A DNA stretch of 64,000 nucleotides from Bacteroidales bacterium. Its GTDB lineage: Bacteria > Bacteroidota > Bacteroidia > Bacteroidales > UBA932. The translations under genes were made by a program, and so were the position numbers. The DNA is taken from NCBI GenBank assembly GCA_017439305.1, contig JAFSJK010000063.1, positions 14,367 to 78,366 of the forward strand, in the 5' to 3' direction. Every line of letters starts with the position of its first letter. Within the stretch, counting starts at the first letter, position 1. The notes under the pieces are model-generated. The model saw only the letters and a program-made list of their open reading frames with translations. It was not told the DNA's origin and did not search any database. Below are positions 47,954 through 57,662 of this stretch, piece by piece.

Positions 47954-49356
47954 TCGATCTCGGCTTCCTTGCTCTTCATCTCCAGCTGCGCGGCGATATA
48001 GACGGCCTGGTGGATATCCCAGTAGGAGACCGCCTTGTCGAGTTCAGCTTCGAGCCTGGACAGTTCTTCCTTCAGTTTCTCCACTTTCCGGGCGGCCGCA
48101 TCGCGGGATTCCGTCTTTGTCTTTACGCTTTTGCCCTTGCTGATGGCTTCGTTCAGGTCATCTTCCCGGGTCTGGAGCGTCTGTTCCGCGGCCTCGATCG
48201 CATCCTGCTTTTTCGTGATGAGTCCCGGATGCGTGTCAATGATCTTGTCCGTTGCGTTGAACACCGTTTGGGCCGTCTTCGTCTTCGCTTTCAGGATGGC
48301 CAGTTCATGGTCGCGGAACCAGCTGCGGTAGCGGCACCAGGCGTGCAGCCACACCTTGGCAATGCTTTCCACGGCATCGCCCAGGATAATCTTGCTGTAC
48401 TCCTCGAAATGCTTCTGGTAAGCCTCGGTCCCCAGATAGTATTCCGTCGAGATCTGCTTGGGATCCCGGTCTGCAGGAATCAGGTCATAGGCCATCAGGT
48501 ACGAATACTGGGAAATGCCGCTCATGTAATCCCAGGTATTGTTGTTGTCGTCGCCCCAGTCCCAGGAAAATGACCGGTCGCGCAGTTCCTTTTCCACATA
48601 TTTGATCAACGGTGAAGGCTCCGTGTCCTCATTCAGGAGCGGATAGCCGTCCTTGTCGTAATAGAAGCGCTCATTGTACTCGTCGATCTTGTAGGCAGCC
48701 TGGACCTGGTCATCCCACATCTTCTCGATGAACGCGTGCACTTCGTTCTTGTTATAGAAAGAACGGGCGTCGCAATGCAAGGGCATATGGCCGTCGGCGA
48801 TATAGTGGGAAAGGATGAAGAACCGCATCGCGATGTGATTGTTGGAAGGGATCACGGGAGCGCCGGGATTCTCCATCGTCAGGATCTTGAAGGAGTCGAT
48901 CAGGCTTTCCGTGAATGACTCGCAACGGTCGCAAAGGTTGTGGCGCTTGAACTGGATGTACGGCTGATCGTACAGGACGGAACCCTTTCCCCTGTTGAAC
49001 ATCCGCAAGGTCTGGGGCATCTTCCTGAACTTCGACTCGATCCGGATCTTCGGGTTCTCGTCATTGACCTCCTCCGGTTCGCCGTCGATCTCGCCTACGT
49101 CGTCCGCGAGGGCCGACTCGAGGCCGGAGCCCTTCTTCTGGTAGTCCGCCAGGGGGAAGTACTTGGCGATATGGCTGTTGGACATGTCCTTGAAGACAGA
49201 ATCGGGATACCAGGCCCCCTGGAGGACCAGGTCCCGGTAGTTCTTGAACCAGGTGATGAGGGCTTTGGCGTCATCCTGCTGTTTCACCGGAATCTTCGCA
49301 TACTCGATGCGCTTCATCGCCATCATGGCGAGCCAGGCGTGGGTGTATTGCTTCAT
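47926..49356 (-). CDS. Zn-dependent phospholipase C / S1-P1 nuclease fold protein with C-terminal coiled coil
   Basis: H6, AWYPD(52), H62, HYIADGHMPLH, HAFIE; C-terminal ~130 aa heptad-rich; no signal peptide. Confidence 0.65.
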   Translation of the reverse strand: MKQYTHAWLAMMAMKRIEYAKIPVKQQDDAKALITWFKNYRDLVLQGAWYPDSVFKDMSNSHIAKYFPLADYQKKGSGLESALADDVGEIDGEPEEVNDENPKIRIESKFRKMPQTLRMFNRGKGSVLYDQPYIQFKRHNLCDRCESFTESLIDSFKILTMENPGAPVIPSNNHIAMRFFILSHYIADGHMPLHCDARSFYNKNEVHAFIEKMWDDQVQAAYKIDEYNERFYYDKDGYPLLNEDTEPSPLIKYVEKELRDRSFSWDWGDDNNNTWDYMSGISQYSYLMAYDLIPADRDPKQISTEYYLGTEAYQKHFEEYSKIILGDAVESIAKVWLHAWCRYRSWFRDHELAILKAKTKTAQTVFNATDKIIDTHPGLITKKQDAIEAAEQTLQTREDDLNEAISKGKSVKTKTESRDAAARKVEKLKEELSRLEAELDKAVSYWDIHQAVYIAAQLEMKSKEAEIEKYGKTNSV

Positions 49357-49393
49357 GATGCTGGGGCGTTTCGGGGTAATGGATCAGAACGGA

Positions 49394-51013
49394 CTATTTC
49401 TTCGCCGGTGCCGGACGGGCCATGCGCCAGGGATTGAAGTCGGACATCAACTCCAGGGCGGCCCGGTCGGGGGCGTTGCGGACTTCGCTCTTCACGTTGA
49501 AGATCATCGTCGGGGCGTCTTCCGGCGTGTAGGCAGGCCATTCGGGAATCTCCGGGCAGTTCGGATTGCCGGTACGCATGAAGGCGAGGAGGGCGGCGGA
49601 CATCTGGTCGGAGACACCGCGCGGCTCGGCGCCGCCACCGGTATGGGTGACCATCAGGTCGGTATTCTTGAACCAGTAGCAGATGTCGGAACAGTGGAAA
49701 GCGCGGATACGGCCGCCGAAGAGCGGGGCGTTGTAGTCGAACCAGGCCAGATAGACCGGCGCCTTCTGCTGGCTCTTGGCATCGGCCGTGGCGAGGACGT
49801 TCTTGCGCTGGGCCACGGTAAGGTTCACCAGTTCAATGGGTTTCTTGTCCGGGAAAGCGGCCTGGTAAGCCTTGAGGATTTCCTCGGCGTTGGCCTGGCC
49901 GAACTGGTCGCGGACAACCGCGACGGCCCCGTCGAACGTAAGGTTCTCCATCTCCAGGTTCTCCTTGCTCAGGGAGAATTCGGAGGACGTGGTGCAGAGG
50001 ATCAGCGGAATGTCCGCAGCCATGTCATCCTTGAAGAAACCGTCGGCCGGAAGGACAGAGCCGTCCGCCACCGGGGAAAAGCCGCCGAGTCCGGAAGCGA
50101 CCCGGTGGGCAAAGGCATAGTATTCCTCCCAAGGCATCGCCTGCAGCTTTTTCACGTCGCCACGGACATTCTTGAGGATGGCCGCGCCGATGGCGGCGGA
50201 GGTGGCGGGATCCATGGCCGACGTCGCATTGCCGCTCAGGGCTACAGCCTTGTGTACCAACCCCTTGGCAGCAGGCATCGAAATCACGTCGCAGACCTTG
50301 GCACCGCCGCCCGACTGGCCGATGATGGTCACGTTGCCGGGATCACCGCCGAAGTTCGCGATATTGTCGTGGACCCACTGCAAGGAGGCGACGAGGTCCA
50401 GGATGCCCACATTGCCGGACTCCTTGAAGGCGGGATTGCCCGAGGAGGAAAGGTCCGTGAAGCCGAAGGCATTGAGCCGGTGGTTCACGCTCACGAAGAC
50501 GATGTCGCCGCCGCGGGCGAGGTTCGCACCGGTATAGCCGTCCTGTTCGACGCTGTTGCCCGAGGAAAAGCCGCCGCCGTGCATCCACACCAGGACCGGA
50601 CGCTTCTTGCCGTCCGGAGCCGGAGTCCAGACGTTCAGGTTCAGGCAGTCCTCACTCACATCATAATAGTTCCAGTGGTCCGTGAAGGTACTGGAGTTGT
50701 TCCTCCACTTGTTGTCCATGTTCTGGGGCGCATCGTTGCCGTAGAACATCGCCGGGCGGATGCCCTCCCAGCTTTCAGGCTTCTGCGGGGGCAGGAAGCG
50801 GTTCGCACCGCCGGTCGGGGCACCGTAAGGGATGCCCAGGTAAGTGTAGACATCGTCCAGGATGTAACCCTGGACCTTGCCGTACTGGGTCTGGGTGACG
50901 GCGTAGTCGTCACCGACAAAGAGACGCTGCCCGTCATTCTGGGCGGCCTTTTTCTCACCACTGCAGCAGGATGCTACGAGGAGTGCGGGGAGAAAGAATC
51001 GGAGGAGCTTCAT
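49394..51013 (-). CDS. Type-B carboxylesterase (lipoprotein)
   Basis: Start reset to MKLLRFFL; SEDCLNLNVWTP, HGGGF, GDPGNVTIIGQSGGG, FHCSD. Confidence 0.92.
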   Translation of the reverse strand: MKLLRFFLPALLVASCCSGEKKAAQNDGQRLFVGDDYAVTQTQYGKVQGYILDDVYTYLGIPYGAPTGGANRFLPPQKPESWEGIRPAMFYGNDAPQNMDNKWRNNSSTFTDHWNYYDVSEDCLNLNVWTPAPDGKKRPVLVWMHGGGFSSGNSVEQDGYTGANLARGGDIVFVSVNHRLNAFGFTDLSSSGNPAFKESGNVGILDLVASLQWVHDNIANFGGDPGNVTIIGQSGGGAKVCDVISMPAAKGLVHKAVALSGNATSAMDPATSAAIGAAILKNVRGDVKKLQAMPWEEYYAFAHRVASGLGGFSPVADGSVLPADGFFKDDMAADIPLILCTTSSEFSLSKENLEMENLTFDGAVAVVRDQFGQANAEEILKAYQAAFPDKKPIELVNLTVAQRKNVLATADAKSQQKAPVYLAWFDYNAPLFGGRIRAFHCSDICYWFKNTDLMVTHTGGGAEPRGVSDQMSAALLAFMRTGNPNCPEIPEWPAYTPEDAPTMIFNVKSEVRNAPDRAALELMSDFNPWRMARPAPAKK

Positions 51014-51045
51014 ATGGAAAAGTGTTTGGTGAAATATCCTGATTA

Positions 51046-53190
51046 TTAAGGTCTTGCATCCGTATTCGCCAACGACAGCCCGACGTCGTACATCAAGTTG
51101 ATGTTGGCCAGGGTACCGGTGAGGTCCCAGTCGTCCCGGTATTCGTCGCAGGGTTTGTGGTACCACGATTCCATCGGGTATTTGCCGGCGTCGCGCGGAT
51201 CCAAGGGATGGAGGCCGTTTTCCACTACGACGGCAGGGACGCCTTTCTTGACAAAGTTGTAGTGGTCGGAGCGGAAGAACCAGCCGTCGGAATTGTCATC
51301 GTCAAAAAAGATTTCCCGTCCCTGGGCCGATGCGGCCGCTACAAAGTAATCATCCAGCGAACTTTCCCCGCCGCCCAGGATGACGATATCCCGCGTCAGG
51401 GGGGCCGGGCCGATGCTTTCGAAGTTCAGGCAGGCCACCGTCTTTTTCATGGGAAGCGCGGGATGTTCACAGTAGTACTGCGAACCGAACAGACCGCTCT
51501 CCTCCGAGGACGGGAACAGGAACAGGATGGAGCGGCGGGTCGGCTGCGGCAGGGCGAGGAACTTGCGGGCAGCCAGGAGGACACCCGCCATGCCGGAGGC
51601 GTTGTCAGTCGCTCCGTTGTAGATTTCATCCCCGGTCTCGTCGGGCTGGCCGAATCCCAGATGGTCCCAATGGCCGCAGAGGACCACCACCTCATCCTTC
51701 AAGTCGGTCCCGGGAAGGATGGCGCCCACATTGCGGGTTTCCTGGATCTCGGCATGGACGTCCATCTCGACCCGGCTGCGCATCTGGAGCGGGATGGCCT
51801 TGAAACCCGGTCTTTTCGCGGCCGCAAGTATTTCATCCAAATCCATCCCGGCCGCCCTGAACAGTTTCCGGCAGCCGTCCTCGTGCAGCCAGCCTTTCAT
51901 GGCCAGTTCACCGGCATTCCCCGTCTCGGGGTCATAGAGGGCCAGGTTTCCTTCCAGATGGCCATTGACACAGACGTGCCAGCCATAGCTCGCCGCCTCC
52001 GTATTGTGCAGAACCAGGCATCCTGCCGCTCCCTGGCGGAGTGCCTCTTCGAACTTGTACAGCCACCGGCCATAATAGGTCATGTTCCTTCCCCGGAAAA
52101 GCGTAGCATCGTAATACCCGGGATCGTTCACCATCGCGATGACGATCTTGCCCCGGACATCCACCCCTTCATAATCGTTCCAGCCATACTCCGGAGCCTG
52201 GATGCCGAAGCCGCAGAAAACATACTCGGCCTCGGGAATCACCACCTTCTCCCCTGCCCGGGCCGTCCAGACGATCAGGTCGTCGGGGTAGCCGAGCTCG
52301 ACCTTGCGCGGTCCTTCCGCCACGATTTTCCCGCCGGCAGGCCGGCAGGTGACGGCCACCATCCTGAAGGGTTGGACCCAACTGCCACCGAATGCCGGCT
52401 GCAGGCCCAGCCCGGCCAGCTGCCGTTCCAGATAGTCCACCGTAATGTCCTCATAGGGAGTCATCGGCTTCCGGCCGCCGAAGGCATCGGAAGAGATGGT
52501 CTTGATCCATTCCCGGAGGATCGCCTCGTCCTTTTGCGCGGGATCCTGGGCTATAGCCGGCAAACGGACCTCCCTGAGGATGTCCGCTTCGGCCATGTCC
52601 TGGGGATTCGTACCAGGAGCATCCTGCGGGATGGGCTCTCCCAATTCTTCGAACAGTTGGACCCAATACGCGGGATAGGTTCCGTCGGGTCCCTTGAAAT
52701 TCATCGGGTAACTGTCGAACAGCGGCGTCCCGTCCGGCCGGCGATAGCTTTCCCACACCAGCTCAGAGCAGTACTGGCGGCCATTGTCGGGCTGGAACCA
52801 GTAATCGTACGGCTGGCCCAGGAAACGCTTGGCGTTGTCGATGAACTGCGGGGAGAAGCCTTCCTTCAACCGCTTTACCAGCAAGATGGGCTTCTGCCCG
52901 TCAGCTCCGGTGAAATCGCGGATAAGCGTATCCAGCGGATGCCGGTCCACCCCCCGCTTCATCGTAGCGTCGATAACCCAGACGGTGTCGTCGGCCACTT
53001 CCACGATGGCGACGTGGATGATATTCACGTTCCCATGTCCCACCGAAGCCGCGATGGCTCCGGCCGCCGTCCCCTCATCCCCCTCTGAAGGAACTCCGCA
53101 AAAGATCAGATCCCCGCTCTGCAGGCTCTCCGTCCGGGGAGCGCAGGCGACCAGGACCGCTGTCAGAATGGCTATGATTCCCGTTTTCAT
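51046..53190 (-). CDS. Fusion: YiiX/YebB permuted papain-like domain + PA-domain M28 peptidase (lipoprotein)
   Basis: GDLIF, HVAIV, YCSELV; then HWDHLG, NGATDNASG, SEESGLFGS, FRSDH, YHKPCD. Confidence 0.8.
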   Translation of the reverse strand: MKTGIIAILTAVLVACAPRTESLQSGDLIFCGVPSEGDEGTAAGAIAASVGHGNVNIIHVAIVEVADDTVWVIDATMKRGVDRHPLDTLIRDFTGADGQKPILLVKRLKEGFSPQFIDNAKRFLGQPYDYWFQPDNGRQYCSELVWESYRRPDGTPLFDSYPMNFKGPDGTYPAYWVQLFEELGEPIPQDAPGTNPQDMAEADILREVRLPAIAQDPAQKDEAILREWIKTISSDAFGGRKPMTPYEDITVDYLERQLAGLGLQPAFGGSWVQPFRMVAVTCRPAGGKIVAEGPRKVELGYPDDLIVWTARAGEKVVIPEAEYVFCGFGIQAPEYGWNDYEGVDVRGKIVIAMVNDPGYYDATLFRGRNMTYYGRWLYKFEEALRQGAAGCLVLHNTEAASYGWHVCVNGHLEGNLALYDPETGNAGELAMKGWLHEDGCRKLFRAAGMDLDEILAAAKRPGFKAIPLQMRSRVEMDVHAEIQETRNVGAILPGTDLKDEVVVLCGHWDHLGFGQPDETGDEIYNGATDNASGMAGVLLAARKFLALPQPTRRSILFLFPSSEESGLFGSQYYCEHPALPMKKTVACLNFESIGPAPLTRDIVILGGGESSLDDYFVAAASAQGREIFFDDDNSDGWFFRSDHYNFVKKGVPAVVVENGLHPLDPRDAGKYPMESWYHKPCDEYRDDWDLTGTLANINLMYDVGLSLANTDARP

Positions 53191-53279
53191 CCTTACGAAG
53201 ATAGTGGAAAAAACAATACAATCCACCATCCTGTCCCGAATCTGGAAAAAAATACGTATTTTCGTGGAAACATCTGTTT

Positions 53280-54311
53280 ATGAAAGCAATCCAGATCAGT
53301 CAGCCTTTCGCCCTGGACCTCATCGCCCTCGAGCAGCCGGTCTGCGGGGAAGAGGAGGTATTGCTGAAAATCCGCTACGTGGGGTTCTGCGGAAGCGACC
53401 TGAACACCTTCCGGGGCGGAAACGCCCTGGCAAAACAGCCAGTCATCCCCGGTCACGAAATCGGGGCCGAAATCATCCGGACGGGATCCCGGGTCCCGGC
53501 GGAACTCCGCCCCGGCATGACGGTGACCGTCAATCCCTATACGAACTGCGGGAACTGCGCCGCGTGCCGGAACCGCCGCTACAATGCCTGCGAGCACAAC
53601 GAAACGCTGGGCGTCCAGCGGGATGGCGCCATGCGGGAGTACTTTTCCGTCCCTTGGCAAAAAGTCATTGTGGCTGAAGGCCTTACCGCCAGGCAATGTG
53701 CGCTGGTGGAACCGATGAGCGTGGGATTCCACGCCGTGAGCCGGGCCCAGGTGACGGACAACGATACCGTCGTCGTTCTGGGATGCGGCATGGTGGGCGC
53801 CGGCGCCATCGTCCGGGCATCGCTGCGCGGGGCCACGGTCATCGCCGTGGATGTGGACGGGAAGAAACTGGAAGTCGCGCGGATCCTCGGTGCCGCCCAC
53901 ACGGTCAACGCCGCGACGGACGATGTCCGGGAGCGGGTGGCCGGGCTGACGGAAGGCCGGATGGCCGATGTCGTCATCGAAGCGGTCGGAAGCCCCCTGA
54001 CCCAGAACCAGGCCATCGACTGCGTCGGTTTCACCGGACGGGTCACCTTTATCGGCTATGCCCAGGAAGATACGGTGTTCCATTCCCGCCTGTTTGTTCA
54101 GAAGGAACTGACCATCAGCGGCTCCCGCAATGCGCAGCCGGAGGATTTCAGGGCTGTCATCCAGTATCTCCGGCGGGGAACCTGCCCCTACGACCGGCTG
54201 ATATCCGCCGTCGTCCAACCCGAAGAGGCCGCGGCCGCCATGGCCGCCTGGCACGCGGATCCCGGGAAAGTGTTCCGCATCCTGGTTGAATTCAATTCCA
54301 ACGAGTCATGA
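53280..54311 (+). CDS. Zn-dependent dehydrogenase (L-galactonate dehydrogenase-like)
   Basis: GFCGSD, PGHEIG, CGNCAACRNRRYNAC, GCGMVG, GSRNA. Confidence 0.85.
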   Translation: MKAIQISQPFALDLIALEQPVCGEEEVLLKIRYVGFCGSDLNTFRGGNALAKQPVIPGHEIGAEIIRTGSRVPAELRPGMTVTVNPYTNCGNCAACRNRRYNACEHNETLGVQRDGAMREYFSVPWQKVIVAEGLTARQCALVEPMSVGFHAVSRAQVTDNDTVVVLGCGMVGAGAIVRASLRGATVIAVDVDGKKLEVARILGAAHTVNAATDDVRERVAGLTEGRMADVVIEAVGSPLTQNQAIDCVGFTGRVTFIGYAQEDTVFHSRLFVQKELTISGSRNAQPEDFRAVIQYLRRGTCPYDRLISAVVQPEEAAAAMAAWHADPGKVFRILVEFNSNES

Positions 54312-55240
54312 TCTACCGGAAACTGGGAAACACCGGCCTGAAGGTGTCCGTCATCGGATACGGCGCGTCGTCCCTCGGCGGCGTCTTCCACGACTTTGAC
54401 GAGCAGAGAGGCATCGAGTCCGTCTTCACTGCCATCGAAGCCGGCATCAACCTTTTCGATGTCTCCCCCTATTATGGGTATTACAAGGCGGAAAAGGTGC
54501 TCGGGAAAGCCCTGAAAAGTATCCCCAGGGGCAAGTTCTACCTGTCCACGAAAGTGGGCCGGTACGGAGAGGACGGCCACAATACCTGGGATTATTCCGC
54601 GGAACGGGCTACGCGCAGCGTGTATGAAAGCCTGGAACGGCTGAACATCGACTATATCGACATCATCAATGTCCACGACATCGAGTTCGCGGACCTGCAA
54701 CAGGTGGCGGACGAGACCATCCCGGCCCTGGTGAGGCTGAAGGAGGAAGGCGTGGTGAAGCACGTCGGCTGCACGGATCTTCAGCTGGAGAATCTCCGGT
54801 GGATGGTGGAGCACGTCCCGGAAGGAACCCTCGGCAGCGTACTGAACTTCTGCCACTATTGCCTCAACGACGACAAACTGGTGGATTTCCTGGACTTTTT
54901 CGAGGCGCACCACATCGGCGTAATCAACGCCTCCCCTTTCTCGATGGGTCTGCTCACCCGACGCGGCGTCCCGGTCTGGCATCCTGCGCCGAAGCCCCTG
55001 GTCGAAGCCTGCGCCCGGGCGGCGGAGCATTGCGAGGCCAAGGGCTATCCCATTGAAAAACTGGCGATGCAGTATGCCCTGCAGAACAACCGCATCGCTT
55101 CCACGGTCTTCAGTACGACGCGGCCGGAGAATGTTCTCCGGAACGTGGAATACGTCAATGAACCCATGGACTTGCAGCTGCTGCAGGAAGTGCAGGAAAT
55201 CATCGGCGACCAGCGGCGCGTCTCCTGGGCCAATACGTGA
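54308..55240 (+). CDS. Aldo/keto reductase (L-galactose dehydrogenase-like)
   Basis: GYGASSLG, FDVSPYYG, STKVGRY, VHDIEF, NASPFSMGLLT. Confidence 0.85.
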   Translation: MIYRKLGNTGLKVSVIGYGASSLGGVFHDFDEQRGIESVFTAIEAGINLFDVSPYYGYYKAEKVLGKALKSIPRGKFYLSTKVGRYGEDGHNTWDYSAERATRSVYESLERLNIDYIDIINVHDIEFADLQQVADETIPALVRLKEEGVVKHVGCTDLQLENLRWMVEHVPEGTLGSVLNFCHYCLNDDKLVDFLDFFEAHHIGVINASPFSMGLLTRRGVPVWHPAPKPLVEACARAAEHCEAKGYPIEKLAMQYALQNNRIASTVFSTTRPENVLRNVEYVNEPMDLQLLQEVQEIIGDQRRVSWANT

Positions 55241-55244
55241 TGCC

Positions 55245-56162
55245 ATGAAAATCATCGACGCTCATACCCATCTCTGGCTTAGCCAGGATACCGTCGTGAA
55301 CGGGAAAGCGATCCGGTCCCTCCCGAACGGCCGCAGCCTGTTCATGGGCGAAGAAGTGCAGATGCTCCCGCCGTTCCTGGTGGACAGTGTCAACAGCGCC
55401 GAAGTCCTCCTGTCCAACATGGACTATGCGCAGGTGTCCGCGGCGGTCGTCACCCAGGAATTCATCGACGGGCCGCAGAACGATTACCTGGAGGACGTGA
55501 AGCGCCGCTATCCGGACCGGTTCTTCGTCTTCGGGATGTGCGAATTCCGCCGGCCGGACTTCCTTCCCGAAGCCATTGACCTGATGGACAGGGGCTTCCG
55601 GGGAATCAAGATTCCCGCCGCCCGGCTGCTCCTCCCGGAAGGCCGGGTGCGGCTGGACAGTCCCGAAATGATGCGGCTGTTCCACCTCATGGAAGACCGG
55701 GGCCTGATTCTGCACGTGGAATTGGCCGACGGAAACCTGCAGGTCGGGGAGATGGAGACGGTCATCGCCGAATGCCCCCGCCTGAAGGTGGTCATCGGCC
55801 ATTTCGGGATGGTCACGCGTCCCGGCTGGATGGATCAGATCCGGCTGGCCCGGCATCCGTCCGTGTATGTGGAGAGCGGCGGCATCACCTGGCTTTTCAA
55901 TGCCGAATTCTACCCCTTCCCCTCGGCTGTGCGCGCCATCCGGGAAGCGGCGGACGAAGTGGGAATCGACAAGCTGATGTGGGGCTCCGACTATCCCCGC
56001 ACCATCACGGCCATCACTTACAGGATGTCCTACGATTTCATCGTGAAAAGCGACCTCCTCTCCGCTGGCGAAAAGGAGAAGTTCCTCTGTACCAACGCCC
56101 GGAACCTTTTCGGCTTCCGGAACCTGCCGGACCTGCCCTATATCCGGAACATGTCGGAATGA
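55245..56162 (+). CDS. Amidohydrolase_2 family lactonase (L-galactonolactonase-like)
   Basis: IDAHTHLW, IGHFG, WGSDYP. Confidence 0.82.
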   Translation: MKIIDAHTHLWLSQDTVVNGKAIRSLPNGRSLFMGEEVQMLPPFLVDSVNSAEVLLSNMDYAQVSAAVVTQEFIDGPQNDYLEDVKRRYPDRFFVFGMCEFRRPDFLPEAIDLMDRGFRGIKIPAARLLLPEGRVRLDSPEMMRLFHLMEDRGLILHVELADGNLQVGEMETVIAECPRLKVVIGHFGMVTRPGWMDQIRLARHPSVYVESGGITWLFNAEFYPFPSAVRAIREAADEVGIDKLMWGSDYPRTITAITYRMSYDFIVKSDLLSAGEKEKFLCTNARNLFGFRNLPDLPYIRNMSE

Positions 56163-56187
56163 ACACTGATTCAACACTATAACTGTC

Positions 56188-57333
56188 ATGACCAACATTA
56201 TCTCCAAGACGCTTTCCTCAGCAGTCTTCACCCTGGTCGCCCTGGCGGCCCTTTCCTGCTCCCCTTATACGGACCAGCCCATCCGTTCCGGCGAAATCTG
56301 GCCCGATGACCGGGGCGAACACATCAACGCCCACGGCGGCGGCATCCTTTACTATGACAACACCTTCTACTGGTTCGGAGAGCACAAGGGAGAGCGCTCC
56401 AGCGCCGCTTTTGTCGGTGTCACCTGCTATTCCTCCAAGGACCTGGTGAACTGGAAATACGAAGGTGTCGCCCTTCCGATCTCCGAGGATCCGGAAAGTG
56501 AAATCACGAGCGGCTGCGTGCTCGAGCGTCCGAAAGTCATCTACAACGAAAAGACCGGCAAGTTCGTCATGTGGTTCCACCTGGAACTCAAGGGCCAGGG
56601 CTACAGCGCCGCCCGTTCCGCCGTCGCCGTCAGCGACAAGGTCACGGGACCGTACACCTACCTGGGGTCCGGCCGGGTCAATCCCGGCATCATGGCCGAA
56701 AACGTGACGGAAGAGGATTTCGCCTGGTTGGACAGCCTGACGGAAGTTCCGACCTCCTGGACGCCCGAATGGCTGGAAGCCGTCTCCCGCGGCCTGTTCT
56801 TCAAGCGGGATTTCGAAGGCGGTCAGATGGCCCGGGACATGACTCTCTTCGTCGATGACGACGGAAAAGCCTACCATATCTACGCCTCGGAGGAGAACCT
56901 GACGCTCAACATCGCCGAGCTGTCCGACGACTACCTTTCCCACAGCGGACGGTATGTCCGCGTGGCTCCGGCCGGGCACAACGAGGCTCCCGCCATCTTC
57001 AAGCGGAACGGAACCTACTGGATGATTACCTCCGGCTGCACGGGCTGGGACCCGAATGCGGCCAGGATGTTCTCCGCCCCTTCCATCTTCGGCCCGTGGG
57101 AGCAGCATCCGAATCCCTGCCGTGGTGACAAGTCTGAAATCACTTACGGTGGTCAAAGCACCAACATCCTTCCCATCCCCGGGAAGAAGGACCTCTACAT
57201 GTTCATGGCCGACATCTGGCGTCCGCGCAACCCGATCGACGCCCGGTACATCTGGCTGCCCATCCAGTTCGACGAGAACGGGACCCCGTACCTCGAATGG
57301 ATGGACGAGTGGAATATCGAGGAGTATAAGTAG
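56188..57333 (+). CDS. GH43 family hydrolase (GH43_24-like exo-beta-1,3-galactanase), lipoprotein
   Basis: HINAHGGG, LERPK, ARDMTLF, NEAPA, GGQST, YIWLP. Confidence 0.85.
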   Translation: MTNIISKTLSSAVFTLVALAALSCSPYTDQPIRSGEIWPDDRGEHINAHGGGILYYDNTFYWFGEHKGERSSAAFVGVTCYSSKDLVNWKYEGVALPISEDPESEITSGCVLERPKVIYNEKTGKFVMWFHLELKGQGYSAARSAVAVSDKVTGPYTYLGSGRVNPGIMAENVTEEDFAWLDSLTEVPTSWTPEWLEAVSRGLFFKRDFEGGQMARDMTLFVDDDGKAYHIYASEENLTLNIAELSDDYLSHSGRYVRVAPAGHNEAPAIFKRNGTYWMITSGCTGWDPNAARMFSAPSIFGPWEQHPNPCRGDKSEITYGGQSTNILPIPGKKDLYMFMADIWRPRNPIDARYIWLPIQFDENGTPYLEWMDEWNIEEYK

Positions 57334-57662
57334 TCTCCGTCAGCGACAGTTATTCATATTCTCCAAATAGCCGCACGTAGGGTACCGTTACAGACGTCTT
57401 GAAGGGGGTCTGCCATGCGCCAAAGCACGATATCGGCACTTGGCGCACAAGAAAAGGCAGCTTGTGCGTCAAAAGTTGGATTTGTGTGCGGCAATTTGTC
57501 GAAACGATCCCCAATTCGCCCTGCGAAGAAGAACAATGGACCCGAAGGGTGGAGAGAAGGAATCAAATGGTATGCCTGGATACTTGTCAAAACGTCATAT
57601 CACAAGGAAGCCTACATTCCCATACTATTCTTATTTTTGTGAGTCGTTATTAAAAAGAGTAT

